NCBI RefSeq assembly: GCF_000009705.1
Contig: NC_003272.1
Span: 4,140,001-4,172,000, forward strand
Length of the DNA: 32,000 bases
Source: Nostoc sp. PCC 7120 = FACHB-418
Lineage (GTDB): Bacteria > Cyanobacteriota > Cyanobacteriia > Cyanobacteriales > Nostocaceae
Direction of reading: 5' to 3'
Below are positions 8,694-18,587 of this stretch, one piece after another. Position 1 is the first letter of the stretch. Every line of letters starts with the position of its first letter. Below the pieces are notes generated by a model. It saw only the letters and a program-made list of their open reading frames with translations, was not told where the DNA came from and did no database searches. The position numbers and the translations under genes were made by a program.

Positions 8694-8718
8694 AGTGCTG
8701 AGTACTGAGTGAATTGAG
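8694..8718 (+). repeat. STRR-like heptamer-type repeat (AGTGCTGAGTACTGAGTGAATTGAG) just 3' of chlB
   Basis: Shares AGTGCTGAGTAnTGAGT with the repeat at 24411-24437. Confidence 0.55.
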
Positions 8719-8750
8719 CGCGGATAGGGCGCAGGGAGCCATTATTTCTT

Positions 8751-8823
8751 AATTTTGAATTTTGCGGAAAGTGGGCGGTGTCGGTTTCCGTCCCGCCCAA
8801 CTTTCCAAGAAGAATTTTGAATT
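8751..8823. repeat. GC-rich hairpin flanked by 11-nt direct repeats (AATTTTGAATT)
   Basis: Direct repeats lie at 8751-8761 and 8813-8823. The arms GGAAAGTGGGCGG (8766-8778) and CCGCCCAACTTTCC (8793-8806) are complementary with one bulged A. Confidence 0.6.
8766..8806 (+). terminator. possible chlB terminator hairpin
   Basis: 13-bp GC-rich stem about 75 nt after the chlB stop. There is no clean U-tract, so the assignment is tentative. Confidence 0.4.
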
Positions 8824-9011
8824 GATCACCTCCTTGTCCCTATCCATAGCTAGATGCAAACAATCAATATTTATCGTTAGTTATATTTTGTAGGTTAATA
8901 TTCTCTATATCTTGAGAGATATTGCATTGTTATTTAAGAAAATCCATACTCAATAAGACTTATGGAGTGCATACTACAAGATATATATATTAATTGCGAG
9001 TTGTTTGCCAA

Positions 9012-11609
9012 ATGTCAAACGTTGATCAAGTTAACTATGAACTTGCTGATGAATTAACAGCTTTACGACAACGTATAGCTGAATTAGAACAACTAGAAAA
9101 GCAATATCAGCATAAGCAAGTAGAACTTGAACGGCACATAGAAGATTTGCAGGCAAAACTAAGAACATTACATATAACCAATGTTGACATCGAAAGCCAT
9201 CTAGAACCTGTTACTTTGCAGCGACTCCAGCAAGAAATTTCTCAAAGACAACAGGTAGATGCAGCTTTAACGGAAAGTGAAGAAAGGTGGAGGCTGGCTT
9301 TAGATGCTGCCAATTTGGGTTTTTGGGATTGGAATGTCCTGACTGCAAAAGTGGTCTGGTCAGAAAATCATGAGCGGCTGTTTGGTTTAGTTTCAGGTAG
9401 TTTTGATGGCACTTATGAGACGTTTTTATCCTGTGTTCACCCCGAAGATAGGGAATCAGTCATACAGGTTATTGGTGTTTGTTTAGAAAACAAAACTGAT
9501 TACTATGATGAATTTCGCATTGTTTGGCCAGACAAAAGTATACATTGGATTGCAGCTAAAGGTAGATTTTTCTATAACGACCAAGGACAGCCAGTGCGGA
9601 TGATTGGGGTTTGCATGGATATTACCAAAAGCAAACGCACAGAAGAAAATAATCGACAACTAGCAACCCAAGTTCAAGAACAAGCAAATGTCTTAAATGC
9701 CATCCTCGCTACATCCGTTGATCATATTTATATCTTTAATCGTACTGGTCACTATCAGTATGTCAGTCATGGTGGTGCTGCTGTTTTGGGTCTTTATCCA
9801 CAGCAGATGATTGGTAAAACTGTGCAAGAACTTAATTTACCTCAAGAATTAATAGACAAGGTAAATGGTCAATTTCTGGCGGTTATGAAAGCTGGGAAAC
9901 CAGTCAAAGACGAATGTGAATATGTAGCGGCAGATGGTAAACATTATTATGAATATATTTTGACACCGCTACGCAACATTGACCACAACATTGAGGGTGT
10001 GATTACAGTCTCGCGCGATATGACCGAACACAAACGCGCTGAACAATCTATCCGCAATAGTGAAGCCAGATTCCGCCGTTTGTTTGAGTCTAACTTGATT
10101 GGGGTAGCTTTTTGGAATGTGGATGGTTTTATTACAGATGCCAATGATGCTTATTTACAACTAGTTGGCTACACCCGCGAACAATTTAACACCTTAGGCA
10201 AAATTAATTGGCGAGAACTTACCCCTCCAGATTATAAACATTTGGACGATCGCGCGATCGCGGAAGTCAAAACCAACGGCATTTCTCGAATTTACGAAAA
10301 GCAATACATTCAACGCAATGGTAGACGGGTGTCGATTGTGCTGGGAATCGCTTTACTTGATGACTCTGATGAGCAAGGTGTGGCTTTTGTCCTAGATATT
10401 AGCGAACGCAAATTGGCAGAACAACAACGCGATCGCCTATTATGTGCTGAGAGAATAGCCCGTAAAGATGCAGAAATCGCTAACCGTATCAAAGATGAAT
10501 TTTTGGCGGTTCTCTCTCACGAACTACGTACCCCCCTCAACCCTATTTTAGGCTGGTCAAAATTACTGCGTTCTCGTCAGTTTGATGCTGCAACTACAGA
10601 CCGCGCTTTAGAAACTATTGAACGCAACGCTACACTACAAACCCAGTTAATTGAAGATTTATTAGATGTCTCACGCATCCTCCAAGGAAAATTAAGCCTC
10701 AATATTTGTCCTGTCAGTTTGCCAATTGTCATTGGAGCAGCAATTGATACTGTACGGCTAGCAGCAGAAGCCAAAGAAATTAAAATTCAAAATGTGTTCG
10801 ACCCTAACTTGGGTCAAGTTATGGGTGATGCCAATCGTCTACAACAAGTAGTCTGGAATCTGCTTTCTAACGCAGTTAAATTTACATCCCCCGGTGGTAC
10901 AGTAGAAATCCATCTCAAAGCCGTTAATGATCAAGCACAGATTCAAGTAATTGATACAGGTAAAGGAATTACACCAGAGTTTTTACCTTATGTGTTCGAT
11001 TACTTCCGTCAGGCTGATGGCACGACGACACGTAACTTTGGTGGCTTAGGTTTAGGACTAGCAATTGTGCGTCAAGTCGTAGAACTGCATGGAGGTACAG
11101 TTCAGGCCAAAAGTCCAGGGGACGGATTAGGGGCTACTTTTACCGTTAATTTACCACTCTCACCCAAAAATGAAGCAATGAACCATGAGGATAAAAATCC
11201 TGTATCAGCTAACTTTCAACCTGCCACTCTTTCAGGCGTGAGAGTTTTGATTGTAGATGATGAACCAGACATCCGCGACTTAGTTACCTTTATTCTGGAA
11301 GATTATGATGTAAAAGTCATAGCCGTCTCATCGGCACAAGAAGCCCTAGAAGCCCTATCCCAATCTCTACCAGATATTATAGTTAGTGATATTGGAATGC
11401 CAGATGTAGACGGTTATATGCTGATGCGTCAACTCAGACAACGATCGCCCCAAGAAGGAGGGAATCTGCCGGCGATCGCCCTCACAGCCTACGCTGGAGA
11501 AATTAATCAAAAACAAGCCCTAGCCGCCGGATTCCAACTGCACATATCCAAGCCCGTAGATCCAGATGCTTTAATTGAGGCGATCGGTAATTTGGTCAAT
11601 AATCAATAA
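9012..11609 (+). CDS. hybrid sensor histidine kinase / response regulator with multiple PAS domains
   Basis: Coiled-coil N-terminus and three PAS/PAC-like blocks. HisKA FLAVLSHELRTPLNPILGW. HATPase GGLGLGLAIVRQVVELHGG. Receiver VLIVDDEPDIRD...SDIGMPDVDGY...KP. The ATG at 9012 is preferred over the TTG at 8994. Confidence 0.9.
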   Translation: MSNVDQVNYELADELTALRQRIAELEQLEKQYQHKQVELERHIEDLQAKLRTLHITNVDIESHLEPVTLQRLQQEISQRQQVDAALTESEERWRLALDAANLGFWDWNVLTAKVVWSENHERLFGLVSGSFDGTYETFLSCVHPEDRESVIQVIGVCLENKTDYYDEFRIVWPDKSIHWIAAKGRFFYNDQGQPVRMIGVCMDITKSKRTEENNRQLATQVQEQANVLNAILATSVDHIYIFNRTGHYQYVSHGGAAVLGLYPQQMIGKTVQELNLPQELIDKVNGQFLAVMKAGKPVKDECEYVAADGKHYYEYILTPLRNIDHNIEGVITVSRDMTEHKRAEQSIRNSEARFRRLFESNLIGVAFWNVDGFITDANDAYLQLVGYTREQFNTLGKINWRELTPPDYKHLDDRAIAEVKTNGISRIYEKQYIQRNGRRVSIVLGIALLDDSDEQGVAFVLDISERKLAEQQRDRLLCAERIARKDAEIANRIKDEFLAVLSHELRTPLNPILGWSKLLRSRQFDAATTDRALETIERNATLQTQLIEDLLDVSRILQGKLSLNICPVSLPIVIGAAIDTVRLAAEAKEIKIQNVFDPNLGQVMGDANRLQQVVWNLLSNAVKFTSPGGTVEIHLKAVNDQAQIQVIDTGKGITPEFLPYVFDYFRQADGTTTRNFGGLGLGLAIVRQVVELHGGTVQAKSPGDGLGATFTVNLPLSPKNEAMNHEDKNPVSANFQPATLSGVRVLIVDDEPDIRDLVTFILEDYDVKVIAVSSAQEALEALSQSLPDIIVSDIGMPDVDGYMLMRQLRQRSPQEGGNLPAIALTAYAGEINQKQALAAGFQLHISKPVDPDALIEAIGNLVNNQ

Positions 11610-11645
11610 GTGCATGAGTGCAACTTCTGGTTATCTATTATTCCA

Positions 11646-13790
11646 ATGGCCGATATCAAAACATTAATTATTGACAACTACGACTCTTATACTTTTAATC
11701 TCTACCAGATGATTGCTGAAGTCAACGGAGAGTTGCCCCTTGTTATTCATAATGACAAATTAGATTGGTATGAATTAAAACAACTTGTTTTTGATAATAT
11801 AGTCATTTCTCCTGGGCCTGGTCGTCCTGAAAACCCTAAAGATTTCGGTATTTGTCAACAGATACTACAAAACTATTTAGATGTTCCCTTGCTTGGTGTT
11901 TGTCTTGGTCACCAAGGAATTGGTCATTATTATGGTGGTAAGGTCATCCACGCACCAGAACCTAAACATGGTCGATTGAGTCATGTTTATCATAATGGTG
12001 GTGATTTATTCCAAGAAATTCCTACACCTTTTCAAGTTGTCCGCTATCATTCTTTGCTGGTTGCGGAAGAATTGCCCAGTTGTTTAGAAAAAGTAGCCTG
12101 GACTGAAGACGGGTTGGTAATGGGGTTGCGTCATCGTCATTTGCCATTGTGGGGGGTGCAGTTTCACCCAGAATCTATCTGTAGTGAGTATGGATATAAA
12201 TTGCTGGAAAACTTCCAAGCCATTACGGAAGGATTCATCCGCCAAAATGGTAGACATCGCCCCAAATTAGAAAGCAAAAGTTTCTCTATTTCTCCTAACT
12301 CACCTATTCCAGCGCCATCCCAAGAATTTACTGTTTGTAGCCAAAAACTAGATTATTACCTTGATACAGAACAGACATTTGTTCATCTTTTTGGTGAAGA
12401 TCCTCATGCTTTTTGGCTTGATAGTAGCCTTGTAGAACCAGGATTATCCCGTTTCTCTTTTATGGGAGGAAGCGGGGGGATAAACAGTTTACTCGTTTCT
12501 TACTGCACCCAATCTCAAGAATTGACGATTACACAATCGGGTAAGGTGACACGCACTCAAGAGAGTATTTTTGACTATCTCAAACGCGAAATTAATCGTC
12601 GCCGTTGCCCATCTGATGAGCTACCTTTTGATTTTAACTGTGGTTTTGTGGGCTACTTTGGTTATGAACTGAAGGCAAAATCCGGGTCTGGGTTAGAGCA
12701 TCCCTCATTATTTCCCGATGCTATCTTGATTTTAAGCGATCGCCTGATTGCTTTTGACCACCAAGAGCAAACCACTTACTTAGTTTACCTCGCCCCTGTG
12801 GGTGAAACAGCACCAGCCCAAGCCTGGTTTGAACTAACTGAAAAACGTCTGCGGACACTCCCGCCTCTTCCTCCCCTCGTTCCTAGTACTACATCTCACC
12901 CCGTTACTTTCCGTTTAAGTCGGTCATACCAGACATATAAAGATGATATTTCTAGATGTCTCAAAGAAATTCGTGAGGGGGAAACTTACCAAGTTTGCCT
13001 GACTAATCGATTATGCACAGACACAATTGCTGATCCATTGGAATTTTATCGCCGATTACGCCAAGTTAATCCGGCTCCCTACTCTGCTTTTCTACGGTTT
13101 GGTGAGATGGCGATCGCCTGTTCTTCCCCGGAGCGATTTCTGCAAATTGACCGTCAAGGCTGGGTAGAAACCAAGCCGATCAAGGGAACTGTACGCCGGG
13201 GAGAGACTCCCGAAGAAGATTTTTTACTCCGGGAAAGTTTGCGTAGCAGCGAAAAAGAGCGATCCGAAAACTTAATGATTGTTGATTTATTACGCAACGA
13301 TTTAGGGCGAGTTTGCCAAGTCGGGAGTATCCATGTTCCCAAATTAATGGATGTAGAAAGTTATGCAACGGTGCATCAACTTGTCAGCACTATCCGTGGT
13401 TTATTATCCCCCGACATGGACGCAACCGACTGCATTCGTCTGGCATTTCCGGGCGGCTCGATGACAGGTGCGCCTAAACTGAGAACGATGGAGATTATTG
13501 ATCAACTTGAGCAAGAGGCGCGGGGAGTTTATTCAGGGGCGATCGGTTTTTTGGGTGTAAACGGTACAGCCGACTTGAATATTGTCATCCGTACCGCCGT
13601 ACTGACACCAAATCAAACTTCTATTGGTATAGGGGGTGGGATTGTCGCACTCTCTGATGTGGAAATGGAATTTCAAGAAACTATCCTCAAAGCTAATGCG
13701 CTAATTCAGGCGATGCTCTTGACTGTTCACGGAGAATATCATCCTAGTCTTTACCGTATTTTAGGAATGCCCACAGAGGTTTTCTGTTGA
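11646..13790 (+). CDS. pabAB: aminodeoxychorismate synthase, fused glutamine amidotransferase (PabA) and component I (PabB)
   Basis: N-terminal class-I GATase (LLGVCLGHQ, FHPES). The C-terminal chorismate-binding domain carries PIKGT, the PabB-type Lys (TrpE has PIAGT), and AFPGGSMTGAPK. The ATG at 11646 is preferred over the GTG at 11610. Confidence 0.85.
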   Translation: MADIKTLIIDNYDSYTFNLYQMIAEVNGELPLVIHNDKLDWYELKQLVFDNIVISPGPGRPENPKDFGICQQILQNYLDVPLLGVCLGHQGIGHYYGGKVIHAPEPKHGRLSHVYHNGGDLFQEIPTPFQVVRYHSLLVAEELPSCLEKVAWTEDGLVMGLRHRHLPLWGVQFHPESICSEYGYKLLENFQAITEGFIRQNGRHRPKLESKSFSISPNSPIPAPSQEFTVCSQKLDYYLDTEQTFVHLFGEDPHAFWLDSSLVEPGLSRFSFMGGSGGINSLLVSYCTQSQELTITQSGKVTRTQESIFDYLKREINRRRCPSDELPFDFNCGFVGYFGYELKAKSGSGLEHPSLFPDAILILSDRLIAFDHQEQTTYLVYLAPVGETAPAQAWFELTEKRLRTLPPLPPLVPSTTSHPVTFRLSRSYQTYKDDISRCLKEIREGETYQVCLTNRLCTDTIADPLEFYRRLRQVNPAPYSAFLRFGEMAIACSSPERFLQIDRQGWVETKPIKGTVRRGETPEEDFLLRESLRSSEKERSENLMIVDLLRNDLGRVCQVGSIHVPKLMDVESYATVHQLVSTIRGLLSPDMDATDCIRLAFPGGSMTGAPKLRTMEIIDQLEQEARGVYSGAIGFLGVNGTADLNIVIRTAVLTPNQTSIGIGGGIVALSDVEMEFQETILKANALIQAMLLTVHGEYHPSLYRILGMPTEVFC

Positions 13791-13859
13791 GACTAGATAT
13801 AAGGGTTTTCACTGATTTAAATTTCCAGACTTGCTGCTAAATTTCTTTGAGGTTTCCCT

Positions 13860-14849
13860 ATGCCAATTTACGTTTACTGGGGCGAAGATGACTTTGCGAT
13901 CGCCAAAGCAGTGACAACATTACGCGATCGCGTCCTTGATCCCCTGTGGACTAGTTTTAACTACACCAGTTTTCCCCCAGAAGACGGCGACGCAGCTATC
14001 CAGGCGTTAAACCAAGTCATGACACCAGCTTTTGGCGCTGGGGGAAGGTTAGTTTGGCTGATGAATACTAACCTCTTACAAAATTGTCCTGAGAATGTAT
14101 TGGCAGAACTAACGCGCACTTTATCAGTAATTCCCGAAAATTCCTTTTTATTGCTTACCTGCCATAATAAACCAGATGAACGCTTGAAATCCACAAAATT
14201 ACTGAAGCAATCCGCCACTGAATTTCGAGAATTTCCCCTCATTCCCCCTTGGAAGACAGAATTATTGATCCAATCTGTGAATCAAGCTGCTCAAACGGTG
14301 GGAGTAAAACTTACACCAAAATCAGCCGAACTTTTAGCAGAAGCTGTAGGTAATGATACACGCCTGCTTTACAATGAGATGGAGAAATTACGCCTATACG
14401 CTGAGGATAGCAATCGGCCTATTGAAGAAAATACTGTTACTCGGTTAGTCAGAAATACAACCCACAATAGCTTACAACTAGCAGCAGCGATTAGAGTTGG
14501 CGACACAGCTAAAGCTTTAACTATTTTGGCTGATCTCATCAATGCTGCTGAACCAGAATTGCGGATAATAGCCACCTTAATCGGTCAATTTCGCACTTGG
14601 TTATGGGTGAAACTGATGGTAGAAAGTGGAGAACGCAATCCCCAGGCGATCGCCCAAGCTGCTGAAATCGGCAACCCTAAACGTATCTACTTTCTTCAGC
14701 AAGAAGTCCAACCACTTTCCCTCAGGCAGTTAATTTCTTGTCTACCATTATTACTAGAGTTGGAGGTTACTGTTAAACAAGGCCGGGCTGAAATATCAAT
14801 ACTTCAAATTAAAATCATAGAACTTTGTCAACTATGTCAACGCATCTAA
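13860..14849 (+). CDS. holA: DNA polymerase III delta subunit
   Basis: 329 aa. The MPIYVYWGEDDF... start, overall length and helical C-terminal domain are typical of cyanobacterial HolA. Confidence 0.8.
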   Translation: MPIYVYWGEDDFAIAKAVTTLRDRVLDPLWTSFNYTSFPPEDGDAAIQALNQVMTPAFGAGGRLVWLMNTNLLQNCPENVLAELTRTLSVIPENSFLLLTCHNKPDERLKSTKLLKQSATEFREFPLIPPWKTELLIQSVNQAAQTVGVKLTPKSAELLAEAVGNDTRLLYNEMEKLRLYAEDSNRPIEENTVTRLVRNTTHNSLQLAAAIRVGDTAKALTILADLINAAEPELRIIATLIGQFRTWLWVKLMVESGERNPQAIAQAAEIGNPKRIYFLQQEVQPLSLRQLISCLPLLLELEVTVKQGRAEISILQIKIIELCQLCQRI

Positions 14850-14988
14850 AAAAATATTTTCATAGATGCTACGAGTTGCCGGAACTTATCACTCACAAAA
14901 TAAATCAAAGTTACTAATATATCCTTGCTGTCTTTCTGTGTCATACCTGATGAAGATGATTAATCAAGCTTTTTACCGACGAACTAGT

Positions 14989-15423
14989 ATGCAAAATCTA
15001 CTTGTCAAAACTTTGTTTTTTGGCATTTTCACCAGTACTAGTTTGTTTATCAGTACTGTGAGCTTAAAAGCTAATGCTCAAAATCAATCGTTTAACAATA
15101 CGGAAATCACTGGCTATGCTCAAGCTGTATTGGCAATGGAGCCAGCACGTCAACAAGCCTTTGGAGAAATTAAAAGAATTGTCGGTGATAGAGAGGTTCC
15201 CAAGATTGTTTGTAATGAGCCTAATAGCATGAATGCTCTACCAGGTAAGGCTAGAGATATTGCTGTCAATTACTGTAATCATTCTCAAAAAATTGTTAGT
15301 GATTATGGTCTGACTATAGATCAATTTAATAGAATAACGCGGGAAATCCAAAGTAATAACAACTTAAAAAGGCAGGTTTACAATACATTAATTCGCCTAC
15401 AGAAAAATACTAACTCTCAATAG
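14989..15423 (+). CDS. secreted DUF4168-like protein
   Basis: Signal-peptide-like MQNLLVKTLFFGIFTSTSLFISTVSLKANA, then YAQAVLAMEPARQQAFGEIKRI ... GLTIDQFNRITREIQ, which resembles DUF4168. The start is uncertain (ATGs at 14866, 14950 and 14989). Confidence 0.5.
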   Translation: MQNLLVKTLFFGIFTSTSLFISTVSLKANAQNQSFNNTEITGYAQAVLAMEPARQQAFGEIKRIVGDREVPKIVCNEPNSMNALPGKARDIAVNYCNHSQKIVSDYGLTIDQFNRITREIQSNNNLKRQVYNTLIRLQKNTNSQ

Positions 15424-15564
15424 TTAAAACCATGCTTTTAGTTCACCCTATTATCTTGGCGTGAATATTCTAAATTAGCATAAGGACGACAGTAAAAATT
15501 TTATTCTATTTGTTTTTGATGAAGACTTTTCCCAAATAAAGGCGAAACAGATCAATAGCATTGT

Positions 15565-15948
15565 TCAGTTGTCGGTACTTAGCGTAACCACGCTTCCGGC
15601 AATCACTTTCCAGTTGTTTTCAAATAGCTTCCAAACCCTGAGATAGCGGAATTTGCCATTAATTTCTTGCCCTAAATAGTTTCCTTGTATCTCTACTGTG
15701 ACGGCAACAACAACGTCGTCTCCGACCACACTTAGTATTAGCTCACTTGATTCAACTGTATGCAGGTTGATGTTTCCCGAACGGTAATTTTCCAGATCCA
15801 TCGCTTTCGTTGCCGTTTCGCCACTTGGCCCGTTAAACAGAAGCTCATCGTGAAGCAGTTTATCCAAAAGTTTCACATTATTGGTTTTCATCGCTGAGAG
15901 AAGATTTTTCTCGTTAGCAATGACCTGGGCTTTATGGGTGGTATCCAT
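15565..15948 (-). CDS. NTF2/SnoaL-like (DUF4440-like) small protein
   Basis: 127 aa. The pattern of N-terminal helices followed by a curved beta-sheet (LLHDELLFNGPSGE...YLRVWKLFENNWKVIAGSV) is typical of the NTF2-like fold. Confidence 0.5.
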   Translation of the reverse strand: MDTTHKAQVIANEKNLLSAMKTNNVKLLDKLLHDELLFNGPSGETATKAMDLENYRSGNINLHTVESSELILSVVGDDVVVAVTVEIQGNYLGQEINGKFRYLRVWKLFENNWKVIAGSVVTLSTDN

Positions 15949-16021
15949 GCTGTTTGTTGTTTGATTTGAACAGAAAATAAAACTTTAACATTCTCACTGG
16001 GCTAGAGCCACAGTGATTCCA

Positions 16022-16082
16022 AAAATCTTAATTCATGAGTAAAAAACTGGATAAAATAATTTTACTAATGAATTAAGATTTT
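16022..16082 (-). terminator. long AT-rich hairpin 7 nt downstream of the LuxR-type gene stop
   Basis: Arms 16022-16044 and 16060-16082 give 22 bp with one G-A mismatch (16037/16067) and a 15-nt loop. On the minus strand the 3' arm ends in a U-run. Confidence 0.5.
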
Positions 16083-16089
16083 CATCGAT

Positions 16090-16689
16090 TCATTGGTGAA
16101 CAGCTACGAATGCCTGGCGTTTAGCATGAATATTCTTCATGTGCTTCTTGACAGTATTGATAGTAATGTAAAGCTGGGCGGCAATTTCTTTATAGCTATT
16201 ATGAGAGCGATAAAGTCGCCAGATTTCAGCTTCTCTAGGAGTGAGATCGTATTTCCTGATTTCGGCGATCGCTGCATTTTTTAAAGATTCATACTGATTC
16301 TCAATAGTTACTAATAAACAAGATGTGATGAACCGTTCTAGCTTAACTAATCTGACACGAACCCTTAGTGTATTTGATTTATCGAGCATAATCTCATCAG
16401 ATAAAATCAGATTCTTTTCAGGATATAAATTATGAGTATTTAGCAAGAGTTGGCACAATTTCCAAATTATCGGCGGAATAAGTTGAGAATCAAAACTACC
16501 TTGACTTAGCTGGCAACATAAATGATAAGCTGACGCATTGGCATGAACTATTTCTCCGGCATTAGTCAAAATAAGAATGCCATCTTCTAGTCTTTCCATG
16601 ACTTCTTGTAAAAAGTTGGCTTTCGTTTCTTTTGATGAAACTTCTATTTGCTCCGATGTCTTTGTGAAAGTCATCATAGATTTTTTCAA
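16090..16689 (-). CDS. LuxR-family transcriptional regulator with N-terminal PAS-like domain
   Basis: The C-terminal LTPREAEIWRLYRSHNSYKEIAAQLYITINTVKKHMKNIHAK is a LuxR/GerE HTH. The N-terminal LEDGILILTNAGEIVHANASA is PAS-like. Confidence 0.8.
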   Translation of the reverse strand: MKKSMMTFTKTSEQIEVSSKETKANFLQEVMERLEDGILILTNAGEIVHANASAYHLCCQLSQGSFDSQLIPPIIWKLCQLLLNTHNLYPEKNLILSDEIMLDKSNTLRVRVRLVKLERFITSCLLVTIENQYESLKNAAIAEIRKYDLTPREAEIWRLYRSHNSYKEIAAQLYITINTVKKHMKNIHAKRQAFVAVHQ

Positions 16690-17105
16690 TTTTTGTAAAG
16701 GAAAAGAGTTGATAGAGTTGGCAAGAATAAATTGAAAAGTGTGAACTAATGTAAAATTATTGTAATTAGGTTGATACTAAGAACCTGCATCTCAAATAAA
16801 GGCTGTCAACTCAGTTTTTCCATAGATTAACCTTGCTATAAACCTTTATTTATCTATGCCGTCCTAGCTAAATCTGACAATGTTGTTAACAGTATCAATA
16901 AAATACAACTGTCCAATTCTCTATTTCGGATATATCGGCTAAAATCGGGCAGTGGGAGCCAAGTAAAATTCTTCCTTATATTCTCCATTGTCATAGGGAA
17001 TCGGCGATTTATGTCTGTAAATAGCTGCTAAATGTTTGGATAATGGCAAAATTCTGTGACAATAGATGAACAGTAAGCCGGAATATCTACCTATCCAAGC
17101 TACTT

Positions 17106-18062
17106 ATGAACCAAAGTTCCCAAGACAGACCGTTGCGACCTAAACCATTGCAATCATCTTTTCAGTGGCTTTATGCTTTTTGGAAATTTTCCCGCCCACA
17201 CACAATTATTGGCACAAGTCTCAGTGTTTTGGGCTTATATTTAATTTCTATCGCCGTCAGTTCCACCGGTTTTGCCCTGACGCAGATAAACTCCGTTTTA
17301 GGAGCATGGCTGGCCTGTCTCTGTGGCAATGTTTATATTGTGGGGTTAAATCAATTAGAAGATATTGAAATTGATAAAGTTAATAAACCTCATTTACCTC
17401 TAGCTTCGGGAGAATTTAGCCGCAAACAAGGACGGATAATTGTAATTCTCACGGGAATTACCGCCATAGTATTAGCTTGGTTAAATGGCCCTTATTTATT
17501 TGGTATGGTGGCGGTGAGTTTAGCCATTGGTACTGCCTATTCTTTACCACCAATTCGTTTAAAACAGTTTCCCTTTTGGGCGGCCTTGTGTATTTTTTCA
17601 GTAAGGGGAACGATTGTTAATTTAGGATTATATCTGCACTTCAGTTGGCTACTACAGAATAAACAGTCAATTCCTCTACCTGTATGGATATTAACGGTAT
17701 TTATTTTAATATTTACCTTTGCGATCGCCATCTTTAAAGATATCCCTGATATGGAAGGCGATCGCCTCTACAATATTACCACTCTCACCATCCAACTAGG
17801 GCCACAAGCTGTCTTTAATTTGGCAATGTGGGTATTAACGGTTTGCTACTTGGGTATGGTGATAATTGGTGTGCTGCGGCTAGGTACAATTAACTCAGTG
17901 TTTCTGGTCGTGACTCATTTAGTAATTCTCTGTTGGATGTGGATGCAGAGTTTAGCCGTAGACATACATGACAAAACGGCGATCGCTCAATTCTATCAAT
18001 TTATTTGGAAGCTCTTTTTCCTAGAATATTTAATGTTTCCCATTGCCTGTCTTTTAGCTTAA
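17106..18062 (+). CDS. hpt: homogentisate phytyltransferase (UbiA-family prenyltransferase, tocopherol pathway)
   Basis: NQLEDIEIDKVNKPHLPLASGE and KDIPDMEGD are the two Asp-rich motifs in the form typical of cyanobacterial/plant HPT. About 9 predicted TM helices. Confidence 0.75.
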   Translation: MNQSSQDRPLRPKPLQSSFQWLYAFWKFSRPHTIIGTSLSVLGLYLISIAVSSTGFALTQINSVLGAWLACLCGNVYIVGLNQLEDIEIDKVNKPHLPLASGEFSRKQGRIIVILTGITAIVLAWLNGPYLFGMVAVSLAIGTAYSLPPIRLKQFPFWAALCIFSVRGTIVNLGLYLHFSWLLQNKQSIPLPVWILTVFILIFTFAIAIFKDIPDMEGDRLYNITTLTIQLGPQAVFNLAMWVLTVCYLGMVIIGVLRLGTINSVFLVVTHLVILCWMWMQSLAVDIHDKTAIAQFYQFIWKLFFLEYLMFPIACLLA

Positions 18063-18066
18063 AACT

Positions 18067-18534
18067 ATGCTCGACAATCTGCAATTAACTGATATTTTGG
18101 CAACTGTTGCCGTCCTTGTTAGTATTACATTCCTAATTTATTTCGCTGGAAAAACCTTAATTACTGCTAATTCATTTCAAAAAGGAGTTAGTCTTTATCA
18201 ACAAAAAGATTATCCAGGTGCAGAAGCAGCTTTTCGCAAAGTTATAGCTATCAACTCAACCAATGATGTAGTCCGCTTGTTTTTAGGAGATGTTTTAAGA
18301 GAACAAGGTAAAGTTGCAGAAGCAACAGAATTGTTCCAAGAAGTGATTAACCGCAGCCCAAAAAATCCTCAAGGTTACTTACGTCTAGCAACTATTCTCA
18401 TGCAGCAAGAGAAACAAGCAGAAGCTAAAACTAATTTGCAAAAGGCTCAAGAATTGTTGCAAAAACAACGTCAACCAGAAACAGCCAAAAGGGTTGCTAA
18501 ATTATTAGAGCAAATGAATACTAAGACAATCTGA
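18067..18534 (+). CDS. membrane-anchored TPR repeat protein
   Basis: N-terminal TM helix, then TPR-like repeats (YQQKDYPGAEAAFRKVIAINSTN, LGDVLREQGKVAEATELFQEVINRSPKN). Starts 4 nt after the HPT stop. Confidence 0.7.
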   Translation: MLDNLQLTDILATVAVLVSITFLIYFAGKTLITANSFQKGVSLYQQKDYPGAEAAFRKVIAINSTNDVVRLFLGDVLREQGKVAEATELFQEVINRSPKNPQGYLRLATILMQQEKQAEAKTNLQKAQELLQKQRQPETAKRVAKLLEQMNTKTI

Positions 18535-18587
18535 GTAATATGAGTGATGTTTACGACGATGCTACCCCTACGCACTAATCTAAAATC

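Noticed and set aside
8429-8800. 123-aa minus-strand ORF overlapping the chlB 3' end
   Set aside because: It is antisense to the highly conserved chlB frame and extends across the hairpin/repeat element. It is a shadow ORF.
14866-14988. Longer N-terminal extension of the DUF4168-like ORF
   Set aside because: The extension (MLRVAGTYHSQNKSKLLIYPCC...) precedes a good signal peptide that starts at the ATG at 14989. An internal start is more plausible, although it is unproven.
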